A DNA stretch of 64,000 bases, taken from assembly GCA_951406725.2 (NCBI GenBank), contig OX597815.1, positions 11,718,001-11,782,000 on the forward strand, written 5' to 3'. Below are positions 12,180 to 26,145 of this stretch, piece by piece. A program made the position numbers and the translations under genes. Position 1 is the first letter of the stretch. Each line of letters opens with the position of its first letter. The stretch comes from Octopus vulgaris. Taxonomy: Eukaryota. The notes beneath the pieces are model-generated. The model was not told the DNA's origin, searched no databases, and worked only from the letters and a program-made list of their open reading frames with translations.

Positions 12180-12592
12180 ATGGCAGAAACGTTAGCACAC
12201 CGGGCGCGAAATGCTTAGCAGTATTTCGTCAGCCGCTACGTTCTGAGTTCAAATTCCGCCGAGGTCGACTTTGCCTTTCATCCTTTCGGGGTCGATAAAT
12301 TAAGTACCAGTTACGCACTGGGGTCGATGTAATCGACTTAATACCTATGTCTGTCCTTGTTTGTCCCCTCTGTGTTTAGCCTCTTGTGGGTAGTAAAAAA
12401 TAGGTATTTCGTCTGCCGTTACGTTCTGAGTTCAAATTCCGCCGAGGTCGACTTTGCCTTTCATCCTTTCGGGGTCGATAAATTAAGTACCAGTTACGCA
12501 CTGGGGTCGATGTAATCGAGTTAATACCTATGTCTGTCCTTGTTTGTCCCCTCTGTGTTTAGCCCCTTGTGGGTAGTAAAGAAATAGGTATT
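12180..12592 (+). mobile_element. Nin/Deu-domain SINE (family B), partial head-to-tail dimer
   Basis: gcctttcatcctttcggggtcgataaattaagtaccag domain present twice, period 183-184 bp. Confidence 0.9.
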
Positions 12593-12689
12593 TGGAGAGA
12601 ACATAATACCAGAAGAAATTACGTTAAATATTTTTTCCGGTGCAGTAACAATTTTAACAGCTTGGCATCTTAATAATAATAATAATCCC

Positions 12690-13085
12690 CTCTACTAAAA
12701 GCACAAAGCCTGGAATTGTGGGGGAGGGAACTAGTCGATTACATAGACTCCAATGTTTCACAGGTACTTAATTTATCGAAAACGAAAAGATGTAAGGCAA
12801 AGTCGATCTTGGTGGAATTTGAACTCAGAACGTAAAGAGATGAAATGTTGTTAACCATTTCGCCCGGCGTGCTAATGATTCTGCCAGCTCACTGCATTTT
12901 TAATTATGATAATGATGGTTTCAAACTTTGCCACAAGGGTCGCTATTTTTTTTGGGGGGGGGGGGATACGTCGATTAGGCTCATACCAGTGTTCAAATGG
13001 TACTGTATTTATCGAACACGAAAGGATGAAAGGCAATGTCGACCTCGGCGGAATTTGAAATCAGAACGTAGCGACGGGCGAAATA
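12690..13085 (-). mobile_element. Two older family B SINE copies
   Basis: ggatgaaaggcaaagtcgacctcggcggaatttgaactcagaacgta-type motif present twice, degenerate. Confidence 0.8.
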
Positions 13086-13087
13086 CA

Positions 13088-14122
13088 GACTACAAAGCTA
13101 ATAGGAACGATAAGGGACAAATGAGGTGTTGATCAATGCTGTATATACAAACAGTAAAACAAAAACAATAAGCAAGGCAATTAAACAATAGAAATTTTCC
13201 GAAAGGTGAGTTCTTTACAGAGACAGCCGAGTAACCCCACGCATTCTGGTTATCCCGACCGCCAGATGCACCTCAGCAGGCGCATCTCTCCTCAAATCCC
13301 CCGTTTTATAGACGAATGTTCAGAGTTGGTTCATTCACCACACGCACCGAAATTTCAAGAAATTTACTGGGGTTGGAAGGAAGTACTTGCCGTTCTACTC
13401 TCAATTTCCTTTTCAAGTGGAACTTGAAGAAGTCGATAAGGGCTTGGCCTAAGACTAAAGTATCTGTCTTCATTCCTTTCAATCTCGTCCACCACATTAC
13501 CTCCATCCCATAGCCACGTGACAGGGAAAAGTTGTCTTTCCTTCCCGACTAAAAGAAGGTTATGTGGTGATCTTCACGATGGACTCATCTGATAACCCGA
13601 TCCGTCCTACACGCGATAAGAAACAGCTGTTCGACAGAGCTCCAGAAGTCAGTAATACATGGAAACTGGACGAGTAATTGCAGCATGGTTTCCTCGCCCT
13701 GCGCACACCCCAGACAGGTCCGTGTGACAACACTTCCGTGTCTGTAAAGCTTGTCTTGAACTGGCAGATTTCCCCCGGTAGCACTGCCAGGCAAAGGATT
13801 TCTCGAAGTTATCCATAGGCCCCGGCCAGAAAGTCCTCCCGAAAAGACCGGTTAATTGATCCCTCCTGGCGCTCAGAGTTTCTCCGAAGACATCATCGAT
13901 CTTTCCCTCCACTAATCCCCGATAGAACTCCATAGTGGAACTTCCACAGTCCACGTTGACCGAGTGGCAGAAAGCTGCGACCGCTTGATGAAACTCCTAG
14001 TGCCAGTATCCCTTTCTTGCTGTACACTTGATCCCTGACTGTAGCTCCCTCAATGAGATGAGATGCGGAAAATATTGTGTGACAAACGGTGAACACGCTT
14101 GCTCAACTCCAAGAAAGCGCTG
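13088..14122 (-). mobile_element. Tx1/L1-like LINE 3' fragment (ORF2 C-terminal zf-RVT-like region + 3' UTR)
   Basis: Frameshifted FEKSFAWQCYRG / LPVQDKLYRHGSVVTRTCLGCAQGEETMLQLLVQFP / WWTRLKG...FFKFHLKRKLRVERQ. Confidence 0.75.
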
Positions 14123-14155
14123 GAGATGATGATTATGAGGATGATGATGAAGATG

Positions 14156-14208
<53 letters not shown>
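14156..14208. repeat. (AAT)n microsatellite
   Basis: Direct observation. Confidence 0.97.
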
Positions 14209-14209
<1 letters not shown>

Positions 14210-14656
14210 TAAAGGACGTACTGAGACAAAGATAAGCAAGTTCGCCGCCTGAAATAAAAAATACTAATGGTGATAATGATGATGATGGGGAAGAGAAGGA
14301 CGATGAGAAGGAGGAGGATGAGATGATGTGATGATGAGGATTCTTTCCAGTATATGAAAAAGGATTGAAATTTTGTGGATGGTGTGGGTCGATTACGACA
14401 CCCCCCAATGTTCAGCTGGTACTTATTTCATTCGTAATAGTACTAATACTAGGAAGAAGATGTAGGAGGAGAAGAAGAACATCAAAAGAGGAGATAAAGA
14501 AAAACGGTGAAGGAAAAAATACCAAGGAGAAAAGAGAAGAAAACCGGTAAAAAAATGAATTAAGCCGAACGACCTGCAATCAAAAATGAAATAGTGAATT
14601 AGTCGGAAGAGAAAAAAGAAGAAGAAGAGTTAGCGGCAGAAGAGAAACAACAGCAG

Positions 14657-14724
14657 GAAGAAGAAGAAGAAGAAGAAGAAGAAGAAGAAGAAGAAGAAGA
14701 AGAAGAAGAAGAAGAAGAAGAAGA
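14657..14724. repeat. (GAA)n microsatellite
   Basis: Direct observation. Confidence 0.97.
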
Positions 14725-17098
14725 AATAAGCTAATCAAAAGTAATGTGAGAAAGGAGAGTACCAAAGATAAATAGAAGACGAAGGAAAAAAGAGGATTAA
14801 TAGAATACGGAAAATATATAACGTAGCCATAATTAGAAAGACAATGAAACAAAAAGAATACAAAATAAAATTGGTAATGCTAGCTTTAGGTATTGTCTGA
14901 CATATTGACTACACCACACAGACACTCACGCACACATGGTTTTAACTTAACTGTATCTGTTCGATGAGTCTGTAATAGACAGACATACAGAAACAAACAC
15001 AGACAAACAGAAAAATAGGTACATAGGCGGTTAGGTAGACAGCTAGTAAAATATAGATAAATACCAATATGTGTCTGTCTGTATTTGTATCAGAATAGCG
15101 TTCCAAAATGAAACACACGAAAATATATAAGACTTAAAAGGAAAAGATTAGACAAAATCGTGGTTTTTATTTCCGTAGTAAAATCTTCCTAAATTGTGAA
15201 ATACTCCTCTTCATTTGATTGATTGAACCGATATGAGTGTGACAGTCGACGAAGGATTAAGATATGTTATTAAGTCCTTCTAGATATTTATTAAGATATA
15301 TTATTTTTTGGCTTTGCTTTTTGTTTAAGCCAAGAGAATACAATAAAATGAAACAACTTACATACGTAGTATTTGGTGTCTGATGTATTTTTTGTTCTTT
15401 TCGCAAATTTTTAATTTATTACAAAAATACGCTCGACGTTATCGCTACAAGTGTGGATATTGCGTTCATTTTAATTAAATTTAGCAGCTGTTTCAATGTA
15501 CAAAGTGTAATTGTAGGATAAGAAAAGAGTAAAACAACAATAGTGGGTACATGTAAAATATACGTAGAGAAAGAATAAAGAACCATAACATTTATAAGAT
15601 TAAGAAGTGTGAAATTGTTGGGTCATATGTACACATTGACACGCAGTCTCTTATTCTACCAAAATATGCAAAATGACGAATCAAAGTTCGGTTGAGGCTT
15701 TATTTATTGATAAAAAAGTTGTCAGTCGCAATCTTGGCTTGTTAAATTTAATATCATTTCATATGAAAAACAAATAAAGCATTATTTGTTTTATTAAAAT
15801 ATTGCTGGGTTGAATGAGAAGAAAATAAATAAAATACGAGCGTCACTTGCAGACATCTGTTAACAATTCATTGAATATTTTATACTCGTCTATTTACATT
15901 TCATTTTGACAAAAATAACAATAACAATAAGAATATTAGTAATATTAATAATAATAATAAAAATAGTAATAGAAATATAATCGATAATCTTTATACTGTG
16001 TAAATCAATATTGAATGCAATGTATTGACACTAAAACTTTTGAAACTAAATATATGAACAGATTTTACATGAAAATGTGGCTATAATATCAACGTTGGTA
16101 TGTGTTATGGTGAAGAGTTTGTAACCATTTCACAGAAATCGTTTCCACTTCTCTTTGAAAATATCTAATTTAAAGTTTCATAACTCGATGTTTTTTACTG
16201 GTTTCAATCATTTGAACTGATGCTGTCCTGGGACATCGCACTCAAGCATTCAAGTTGATATCGACTAATTCGACATATTACTTGTCCAGTGAAAATATTA
16301 TCAAAGTGGAAAGTGTCAATAGACACGTCGACGTTCGTGTAAGGGGCATAAAACGGACTGAACTAAATACTAGTTTAGTTGTGTTTGGCGAATTACTTTG
16401 GCTTTGTTACTCCTAATCACATAGGTGGTCATTGGACATGTTAGTAGTTTTTCTTTTCTTTTGGTTTTATTGGATTAATCCTTTGCTTTACCAATGAAAA
16501 GGCCTAAGGTACAAAATTACAGTATTTAGGACTTTAATAACTGAGTGTGTTAACTTTTGGCAGAGAAATTTTTTCATGAGATTTTGAGGGGTCACAAATT
16601 AATGTACGTGCTGTTTTAACCGTTCAGTTTCTTTATATGTTTTTGTCATTTAGAATGTTCCTTATTTCTATTTAGAAGGTACCTACCTTACAAAGGAGCA
16701 CACCTAAATATACAAAGCTGTTTACAAAATCTAAATACAAACATCTAAATAGCATAACACCAAATTTAATACGTAAAAATTTCTATAAGATACCTCTTTA
16801 TAATGACTCACCCTAAAACCTAATTACTACTCCAGTAAACCAATCCCAAGAAAGGCTTTAATCTAACAGAGACTATAGAATGCCAAGATTAACACTAAAG
16901 CATCGCAGTTCAATGTTCAATGACCTACGGATTAAGTGGTCGAAACTCAGAGAGTCTCTGTAAACAATAGTCCTGTTTAAAGATAAGATTGTATTGAGTA
17001 ATCTTTGAGACAAATGTAAAATTGTTTTCATTCTAATTAAACATACAAACTAACACTTGAACAATATATATATATATATATAACAAAGTAAAATGTAA

Positions 17099-18110
17099 GG
17101 TACCACTACTTATGCAAACCTGGTGATGGCCTACCTAGAATTACAAATTTATGAAGAATCCAAATCTAAATACGGCTTGTCTTTCCACAAATAGTCAAGA
17201 CCAAGAACTTCCTTTTCTTTACATTCTTATTATAAAAAAAAGCACCAACATTGAAATTGATATCCACTACAAACCAACTGATTCAAAACAATACCTTCTG
17301 TTCCCATCCAATCACCCAAAGCACACTGAGACAAACATCCCCATCAACCTAGCGAGAAGAATCTGTACAATTGTCACAAATTATAGAACACGAAATAAAA
17401 GACTCCAAGAACTAAAGGCAATTCTTGTCAAAAGACATTACCTAGCATCATTAGTTGACAATAGAATAGAACGGGCAAAGACAATCGCTACCCAGAACTT
17501 AAGAAAACCGCAACACACTCACGGTACATTAAATAGTCTACCGTATATCTCAACACGCAATCCAAGAAATGCAGAAGCTTACACAATTATATACAAGAAC
17601 ATTAAACAGCCGAGTGAAGACCCACGTTTAAATAAAGTACTCGCAACCAATAAAATAATAAAAAGTAAAAACCACCCAAATCCCTAAAAAACCTTCTCAC
17701 CAATGCAAAATTACCCAACACAAGCCCACCGCCAACCGTCAAAAAACTTGGCCGTTCCAACTGCAGGACTTCAATCCACCTCATTGAAGGAAAAATATGC
17801 AAATTCCAGTCGGCACACACTTTGTCACTTCACCTGCGCATCAAAGAATTTACGTTTCGCCAAGGTGTCAAGGGTACCACAAAAATTACATAGAACAAAC
17901 GAGACTTAACCTCAGAGAAAGGATGACTGTCCACCACCAACAATTGAGGAATCTCACCACAAGACAGATACCACTCAGTGGGCACATAGATCTCTGTGGA
18001 CAGAACACATCCATCAAATTTCTTAGTTTTCCCACTATACTAATGCCTGGACAACACCACTGACCAAACACAAATATATAGGGAAAATAATCTTATTCAA
18101 AAATACAGAC
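17099..18110 (+). mobile_element. Penelope-like retroelement ORF remnant: RT C-terminal half + GIY-YIG endonuclease
   Basis: TYANLVMAYLE; LPFLYILI...DIHYKPTDSKQYL...HPKHT...NIPINLARRICTIV; FTCASKNL...YIEQT...LRERMTVH...RQIPLSGH. Frameshifted, and the RT catalytic DD segment is missing. Confidence 0.88.
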
Positions 18111-18180
18111 CACACCTCGACACCCCCAGGTAGACACCCAGAACAAACACACAGAAACACATACAGATGTACAAAATCAT

Positions 18181-18252
<72 letters not shown>

Positions 18253-19635
18253 GCACGCACACAATATCCCCACTCTAGAGCACAAACCCACACATATTCC
18301 AAGAAAAACCACATACATATATACACTTGCAATACGATTCTAGGAACCATAACCAACACTTCCACACACACATACACACATGCGTAAACACGTACATGCG
18401 CACACCAACACACACACCACCCCAACTGTTACAAAACACATTCACACAAACACACCCACACATACACAGATACACACATATACACACATGCCTATATGCA
18501 CGCATATGCACACACACAAACACAATACGCCCGTTCCCCAGTAAAAAATCACACACACACAATCCGAAGAAAAAACACACACACATATACACATAATGCA
18601 ATCCCCACAATCACAAAAAGCACTCACACATACATACACACAAGCATGCACACACAAAATGACACACACCTCCCCGACAAATACAAGACACATAGACACA
18701 CTCGTACAAACACACCCACACGTATAGACACACACTGTACCAACAATACAAACAAAAGAAATCATTCACAAACACAGAACACACCAACACGTGCACTCAC
18801 AGAACCGGAAACTACATAAACCATACCCACATACACACACACACACATACAAACATATACTCGGTGCCAACATACACAAAACGCACATAGACACACATAC
18901 ACAGCGCCCGGATAATCCCAAGTCAGACAGACACACACAGAAACCCTGATAAATAAAACACACTCACACACACACATACACAGCCACACACCCCCCATAC
19001 ACATAAATATGAACCATAACACACATGCAGTTGCTCACACAGACACCCATCACAAGGACAATTAATACAACACATACTCAGACAGACACACACAAACACT
19101 CACGTACACACATAACCTCCCCACCAACACAAAACACATAAACATACACACGCACACACACAGACGCACACATACACACACGCGAACAAACATATACACT
19201 CACTTTCGCACACACAACACCCTGACAAATACCAATCACACACATACACACACCGTCACCACCAGGACAATTATATCAACACAAATATACTCAGACAGAG
19301 ACACACATACACACTCACATATACACACATAATATCCCCACCAACACAAAACACACAAACATACACATGCACCCACAGTCGCACACACACACACACGCGA
19401 ACAAACACATACATACACCTGCGCACACACAGCACCCTAACAAATATTAATTACACACATACACACACACAAAAACGTGCACACATATATACACACACCA
19501 TTTTACCAAATATAAAACATACACAGACATATACACACACGCTACAATAAAGTCTGGGACCAATCAAAAAACGGCCTACACACACAAACACATTTATATT
19601 CACACACACGTAGAGAGACGTGCACAGAGACACAC
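18110..19635 (+). repeat. 1.5-kb A/C-rich degenerate repeat within the Penelope-like element
   Basis: Very G-poor plus strand; internal ~210-bp duplication (19050-19235 versus 19260-19450). Confidence 0.8.
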
Positions 19636-20227
19636 CAAAAACACCATTCTGACCTCTAAGACCAGTCCCCAAAACAATCCTTTAAATTCCACATCACTTT
19701 TCATTCTTCTCACTCCAACCAACCTCCCACACTGCCCCATAAAATAGGAAACATTCCTTAGCTCCACACAAGACAGAAAAAATGCCAAAAACACAGGCCG
19801 GTTCCTTTCCAAGTTTTTTTTTTAATTCTTAAACATTTTCTTATTATTATCGAAGTATGTATATATGCGTTTTAATACTTTTGTGACAACCAGTACTTAA
19901 CACAATAAAGCTTATACAAGGCTTTTGATTTTACTTTTGACAATTGTTTCCCCAAAAAGTCAAACCAGTTAAGTAAATAAACATCTTTAAATTGCATTTT
20001 CAAACCTTATATATGTATATATATATATATATATATATGAGGCCAACAATTATTTCCATGAAATGTGGAAATTGCCGATTCAAAGTCTGTTCTCAGCATT
20101 ATTGGCATGGAAATACTTTTTCTTTTGCCCTCGTTTATAAGTTGTTTATAATTTGAACCTTTAAATGTATTTTAATATACTGCCACTTTTGATGAAAGTT
20201 CTTTCTGAAAAAATGATTATCCTATAT

Positions 20228-20281
<54 letters not shown>

Positions 20282-20285
<4 letters not shown>

Positions 20286-21009
20286 GCTATATTTACATAC
20301 CGAATTCTACCAGTAAATAATTGGGGTTTTTTTAAAAGCCTTTATAGAAATTATTTACTCTTATCATTATATTACTATTTGGATTTTTCACTCCCTTTGA
20401 CAACCTAATTGTTCCCCATATTACGAAACTATTTTTGTAATGCGCATGGCAAAATTTTGGAGGGAAGATTTATGAATTCAAACGTCTATGTAGGTTTAGC
20501 CTTTGCTCACTTTCTTCAAATATTTTGATGTCGCATGGTCAGAAGGTTTGAGGTACGTAGCATTTGATAAATCTATGATAAATCTTTTTCAATGGAAAGC
20601 TGTGCTGAAGAAGGATGTGAAATATATATGCAATATATATGAAATATATATCAAAAATATATGGAATATATATTCAATATGTTTATAATCCAGAAACATG
20701 ATGTTCAGAGATAACCGCCAGACTTCGTATTCGTTATCTATTCCTTCTGTTTTGCATATGTGAATTACAGGGTCTGTCATGCCCGGAGTCCAACTTTGAT
20801 AGAAATAAGCATTCTTGACTGCTATTTCTATTTTTTCGGTATGCGGTCAAGCAACCTGTTTTGCCTGTCCCTTTTTCTTATATACAATATATATACTGAA
20901 CTTTACAGAAGTTCCTGCCGGTAATCGGCTATATTTACATACCGAATTCTACCAGTAAATAATTGGGTTTTTTTTAAAAGCCTTTATAGAAATTATTTAC
21001 TCTTATCAT

Positions 21010-21013
<4 letters not shown>
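20282..21013 (+). mobile_element. 642-bp non-coding unit with ~90-bp terminal direct repeats and internal hammerhead-like motif
   Basis: 20282-20372 is nearly identical to 20924-21013; CUGAAGA-A-GGAU...AUCC-A-GAA-ACAUGAUGU-U at 20605-20705; (TA)n on both flanks. Confidence 0.55.
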
Positions 21014-21064
<51 letters not shown>

Positions 21065-21148
21065 CAATATATATGTATATATATGTATATATGTGTATAG
21101 ATATATATATATATGTATATATGTATATATATATATATACATATATAC

Positions 21149-21215
<67 letters not shown>

Positions 21216-21660
21216 CGTGTGTGTGTATGTGTATGTGTGAGTGTGAGTGTTTGTGTATGTCAGCTTTTTTAATATTCTTGGCATTAAATATTTTCCCATA
21301 AAATACGAAGTTTATAGTTTTCACAGATAAATTACGGCAAAACTGCATATCGATTCACATATATTCACACTTAGTGGGAGGAAGGGGCGGGGGAGAATTA
21401 TAAATATCTAAAAAAAAAACTGTAATCCTCACAGCTAATGTTGAGTATTTAAATATTGCTGAACACGGTTATACGGCTAAAAGAATATACATAAATAATT
21501 AGATATTTAAATTGAGGATTTGAGATGGATAACTATATAAAAAGCAAGAGGAGTCCTTGAATATACAAATAGATTCCTTACAAATGAACTAAATACAGAG
21601 TTCATTCGGTGAAACTCTACTATGGATTTTGCCCCTAAATGTAAGAGAAGCGAACGTTTA

Positions 21661-21661
21661 C

Positions 21662-21721
<60 letters not shown>

Positions 21722-21762
21722 GTCTATCTATCTATATATCAATCTATCTATCTATCAATGTA

Positions 21763-21821
<59 letters not shown>

Positions 21822-21912
21822 ATCTATCTACCCATCAATATATCTATCTACCTATCTATTTATCTATCTATCTATCTATCCATCTATCTATCTATCTGTC
21901 TTTCTATCTATC
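21661..21912. repeat. (TCTA)n microsatellite
   Basis: Direct observation. Confidence 0.97.
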
Positions 21913-22061
21913 AGGTAGCTAGCTGGATAGATAGATAGATAGCATGGTACCATCAAACACACACACCTACGCACACACATACACACACACACAAGGGCAG
22001 TTCAGAAGTTTTACATTCAGCTATGAAATAGCTGAATCTTAACACTTGTATATTTGTGTGC

Positions 22062-22104
<43 letters not shown>

Positions 22105-24575
22105 AACGCGCGTGTGTGTGTGTATGTGTGTGTGAGGGTTGTTGTGTGTGTGAGTGTGTGTGTGTGTGCGTGTATGAGTGTGTGTGTGTGTGTGTTTGTG
22201 CCTGTATGTATTTGAGCGCTTGTGTGCGCATTTGGCTTCATATTTATGTACATCTCATGCATATTTTCATTTAGCATGGAAATATATCATCTTTTAATAT
22301 AGCACTTCTCCTCATATGTATCACGGAATTTCTCATAATTCTCTCTTCTGTAATTTGTATTCCTTCCAGTGAGGTATTTTGAAATTGCTTTTATTATGTT
22401 GCAACTTGTACAAGATTAATCTACTTGCATTTCGTTCTGAATTCCATTTAAATATAGAATATGTATGTTTGTATGTTTTCGAACATCTAACATATTTCTT
22501 GTGAAACTTATAGAACTAATAATTCATCTATGTAAGAAATTCATCTATTTGTAAATGCTGCTGATCCAGTTAAACTTACAGTCATTTGAATTTCATAATC
22601 GACCTCAAGTCTTGGTCGTATCTCATGTACTTTAAGTCAGTAGTGGGAAATGTTTGAACTGCTTAACAGCCTAATGATTAATACAACCACAGTGACTATT
22701 GAATAGCGATCATTTCTACTATAGATACATCTTTATTTGTGATGCTATTATTCGGCGATTCCTACTTAAATTTTCAAAATATTATTATTGATAATAAAGG
22801 TAATAATTTCATAACATGCACTGAGCCCATTAATTTTCTGCTTTCTGCGTTTTTCGTTAAATAAAATATTTTCACGTTAAAGTGGTGCCTAAACTTACTT
22901 CATCGCTGTACACATTTTCCTTCTGATAATCTGATTATGCGAGTATTCCATGTACGTTTGCCTTGCCACTCAAATATCTATATGTACATTCACAACTGTG
23001 TATAATACAGTTTTTTAAAAATTTGTTGCCAATAAAAAAATATTCCTTTTAATGTTATATATGCCGAAAGAACATAGCTGTCTAAATGGAATACATTGCT
23101 AATCTTTACTCCAAGGATTTGGGAGCATGTCCTTAGATATTTCAGTATAATTAGAAGACTCTAGAGGAGAGTGTGACAATGAAGTATATATATCTGGACA
23201 TAGATTGAATTTATTTTGATGCAGTGCCTGAAAAGTTTAAATCTTAAAAGTCAATTAGATTTCCTTTTGTCAACTAAACACTAGAAATTTCCTAGTTACT
23301 CTAATTTGATCAGTAAACGTTAGAGAGGTTATTAATATAGTCGATTAAACCCTTGGTTGGTATTTGGAATTCAATGTACTAAGAATATTTTTATTACTGT
23401 TACATGCATCGACATAAGATGAAGGGAAATTTTGACTAACATCAATTTAAACACAGTAAAAGGGCTGAACTTATTTGAAGCATGATGTGTTAAGTAATCT
23501 AATATAAATGAAGGAATAAATACTTGAAATTAATAGTTATTTCATATAAATGTGGACAGAAAGCAGCAACGTTATTTAAAGTCTATTGATATCTTCACCA
23601 GGTACGTGGAAAATCCCCATGTACATTTCGATACAATCAAGAGTTCATTAGGGAAACATATGTCTGAGCGTATTTGTCGAAGAAGTGACAGAAGAATCAT
23701 AAATACAATGTCCATAGAAATTTTGACCGTACGTTTGCAAGCATAAAATTCAAGGTAATACGATTTAATAATTCAACGAATAAACCTAATTTAAATGATG
23801 AAATAAGGTTTTTATTGCAGCACGAAAAGGCACACTTTATGCAGCTGGTATATATTAAAATTTACAGTTGAGCTAAAGGGATTTCGGTTATCAGCGGCTA
23901 ATATATGTTGTGGTTGAAATATGAAACGTGTAATTATTATTTTTATAACTTTTCAACTATCAATTGGTAATTTCCCCTCATGGCATCATTCTGAAGGGTG
24001 TAATTAACATACACAGCTGTATTTACAATATACAGTTTGATGATCGCAAGAAATTGCCATAGCCAGAAAAATATATTTTTAATTAAATTTTTTGCCGCCG
24101 TGAAATTCTACATACCTGTCTGCAGAAATACATTAACTGATATCATAATTTATATTTGGACTCAGCGAGCCAATGTCTGTTTGAAACTACACGAGAATAT
24201 AATAATTCCCACATAGCTTTCCATGTCATCAACGTAGCCTTAATAGTTTTTCGCAGATCCACTTCGTAGAAACGTCAATATAATTATTCCCAGAGGCCAT
24301 GTTTTATAACTATTTATTTTGACAGTATTCCCCCGGGCAAAATGTTATGACAGTCAACCACTCGATGCAGCATCGCGAGAAATAGAAAATCTCTAATACC
24401 AAATTCAATCTGACCATCATATAACACTAATTCAATCCCTCACAACATGCGTATAAATATAAGAAAACAATACGCGTGTGTGTATGGGCATATATACAAA
24501 TATACATACATTACATACATACATACATATATACATACATATATACATACATACATACATACATATATATACATA

Positions 24576-24968
24576 AACGACCTGAACATTAGCTTCAAGG
24601 TTCATCCAAGACCGGGACCACGGGCCATGCGTCCCCTGCCCAATTCAAGATCACAGCATACATGTACACTGCAACATAATTTATTTTCCTCAACAGGCTC
24701 TGCCCTATTCAACATTGTCCCGAAAGAAATCAAAGAGGAAATGATCCCATCAACTTTAAACGAAGTCTGGATAGATTCCTTCAAAGAATATCAGATAAGC
24801 CACCCATAATTGGATACAACTCACCCAACAAAAATTCATTACATGAATGGACCATAAACAAAACTCGACTTAAACAGGATTCGAATAATCCTATCAGGTG
24901 GTGCTATTAAGTTAGACATGGCCTGGACGAATCTTTGGTCGAAACATATCTAAGTTTATCTAAGTTTA
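24576..24968 (+). mobile_element. CR1/L2-group LINE 3' fragment
   Basis: SFKVHPRPGPR...HNLFSSTGSALFNIVPKEIK; near-identical to 32396-32778 including the 3' stem-loop. Confidence 0.8.
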
Positions 24969-25163
24969 TTTATATACATATACATATATATATATACATA
25001 TATACATATACATATGTATATATAAACATATATATATATACATATATATACGCACACACACATATATATATATATACATATACATGTATGGATGTATATA
25101 TATGCACACACATAAATACACACACACACATACACAGACACGCAACATACTCACACACGCATA

Positions 25164-26063
25164 TACAGGGGGTAGTGAAGACACTCGTATAAATTACGCA
25201 AAAATTAAAAAAAATATTTGACTTTTCATTTTAACAGATATATTTACCAAAATGACATACAAATATCTTGAAATACTATAGAGAAAATTTATTCAATAAA
25301 CTCGCCATTGGCTTCAACCACGGCCTTCAGACGACTTCGGAATCTCCTGCAACGCTTCTGGGTGGTCTCTTCGTTTAAGCTGATAAATGCTGCCATAATC
25401 CTTACCTTCAGTTAATCTTTGGTGTTAGGAGGGGTTTCGTTGGTGTCACGCTCACCTGCGCTCCACGCAAAATAATCAAGGATATTGCAGTCTGGGGAGT
25501 TAGGTGGCCAGATGTCAGGGGTGAAGTGGTCCCAGAAATTGTATGACAGCCATTTCATGTGTTCTAGTGCAGAGTCACGTTGCCAGTCATAGGGTCTTCC
25601 AGCAGCAGCAGCAGCAGCAGCAGCAGCCACTCTCTTGATCCTGGACAGCAATATATCCCCGGGTACTTGATGCAGGTCATCGTGTTGAGTCTGAGCCTGT
25701 GTGGGAAGTTGAATGGGGAAATAACATCGCCATCACTAATGATCACTCCAAATAACATGATTTTGATTGGATATTTGATTTTTATCACTCTCAGTGCATA
25801 TCCCTAGATTGTACTGTCCTCAGATTGACACCCAAACATTTTGAAATGTTTGTATTGGAGTTTCCCGCACGGATTCTAGGCAGTACAGCATGTCGTTTTC
25901 AAATTTCTGAAAGAGTGAATTGAGTCATGATGCCTTACTTCTCACAGAAAGTGCCTAACCGACCCCACTATACTGCGTAGTCGGAAAAAAATCGAAAACA
26001 CACAAGGCTTGTGCGCGAAATTATAAATATAACATGTCGACAATTTACCCATTGCACCCCATG
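25164..26063 (-). mobile_element. Tc1/mariner DD37D (maT-like) transposon fossil, internally deleted
   Basis: MTQFTLSEI...LGVNLRTVQ; IMLFGVIISDG; GRPYDWQRDSA...WPPNSPDCNILDYFAWS; RFRSRLKAVVEANG. Confidence 0.85.
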
Positions 26064-26073
26064 TGTGTGTATG

Positions 26074-26128
<55 letters not shown>

Positions 26129-26145
26129 TCTCTTTTTAATTTTTT

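Noticed and set aside
14950-14995. tcgatgagtctgtaatagacagac as a hammerhead
   Set aside because: Both core segments deviate, and it lies in a low-complexity ACAG region.
23602-23755. AG...GTAAT-bounded segment as a coding exon
   Set aside because: All three frames contain stops.
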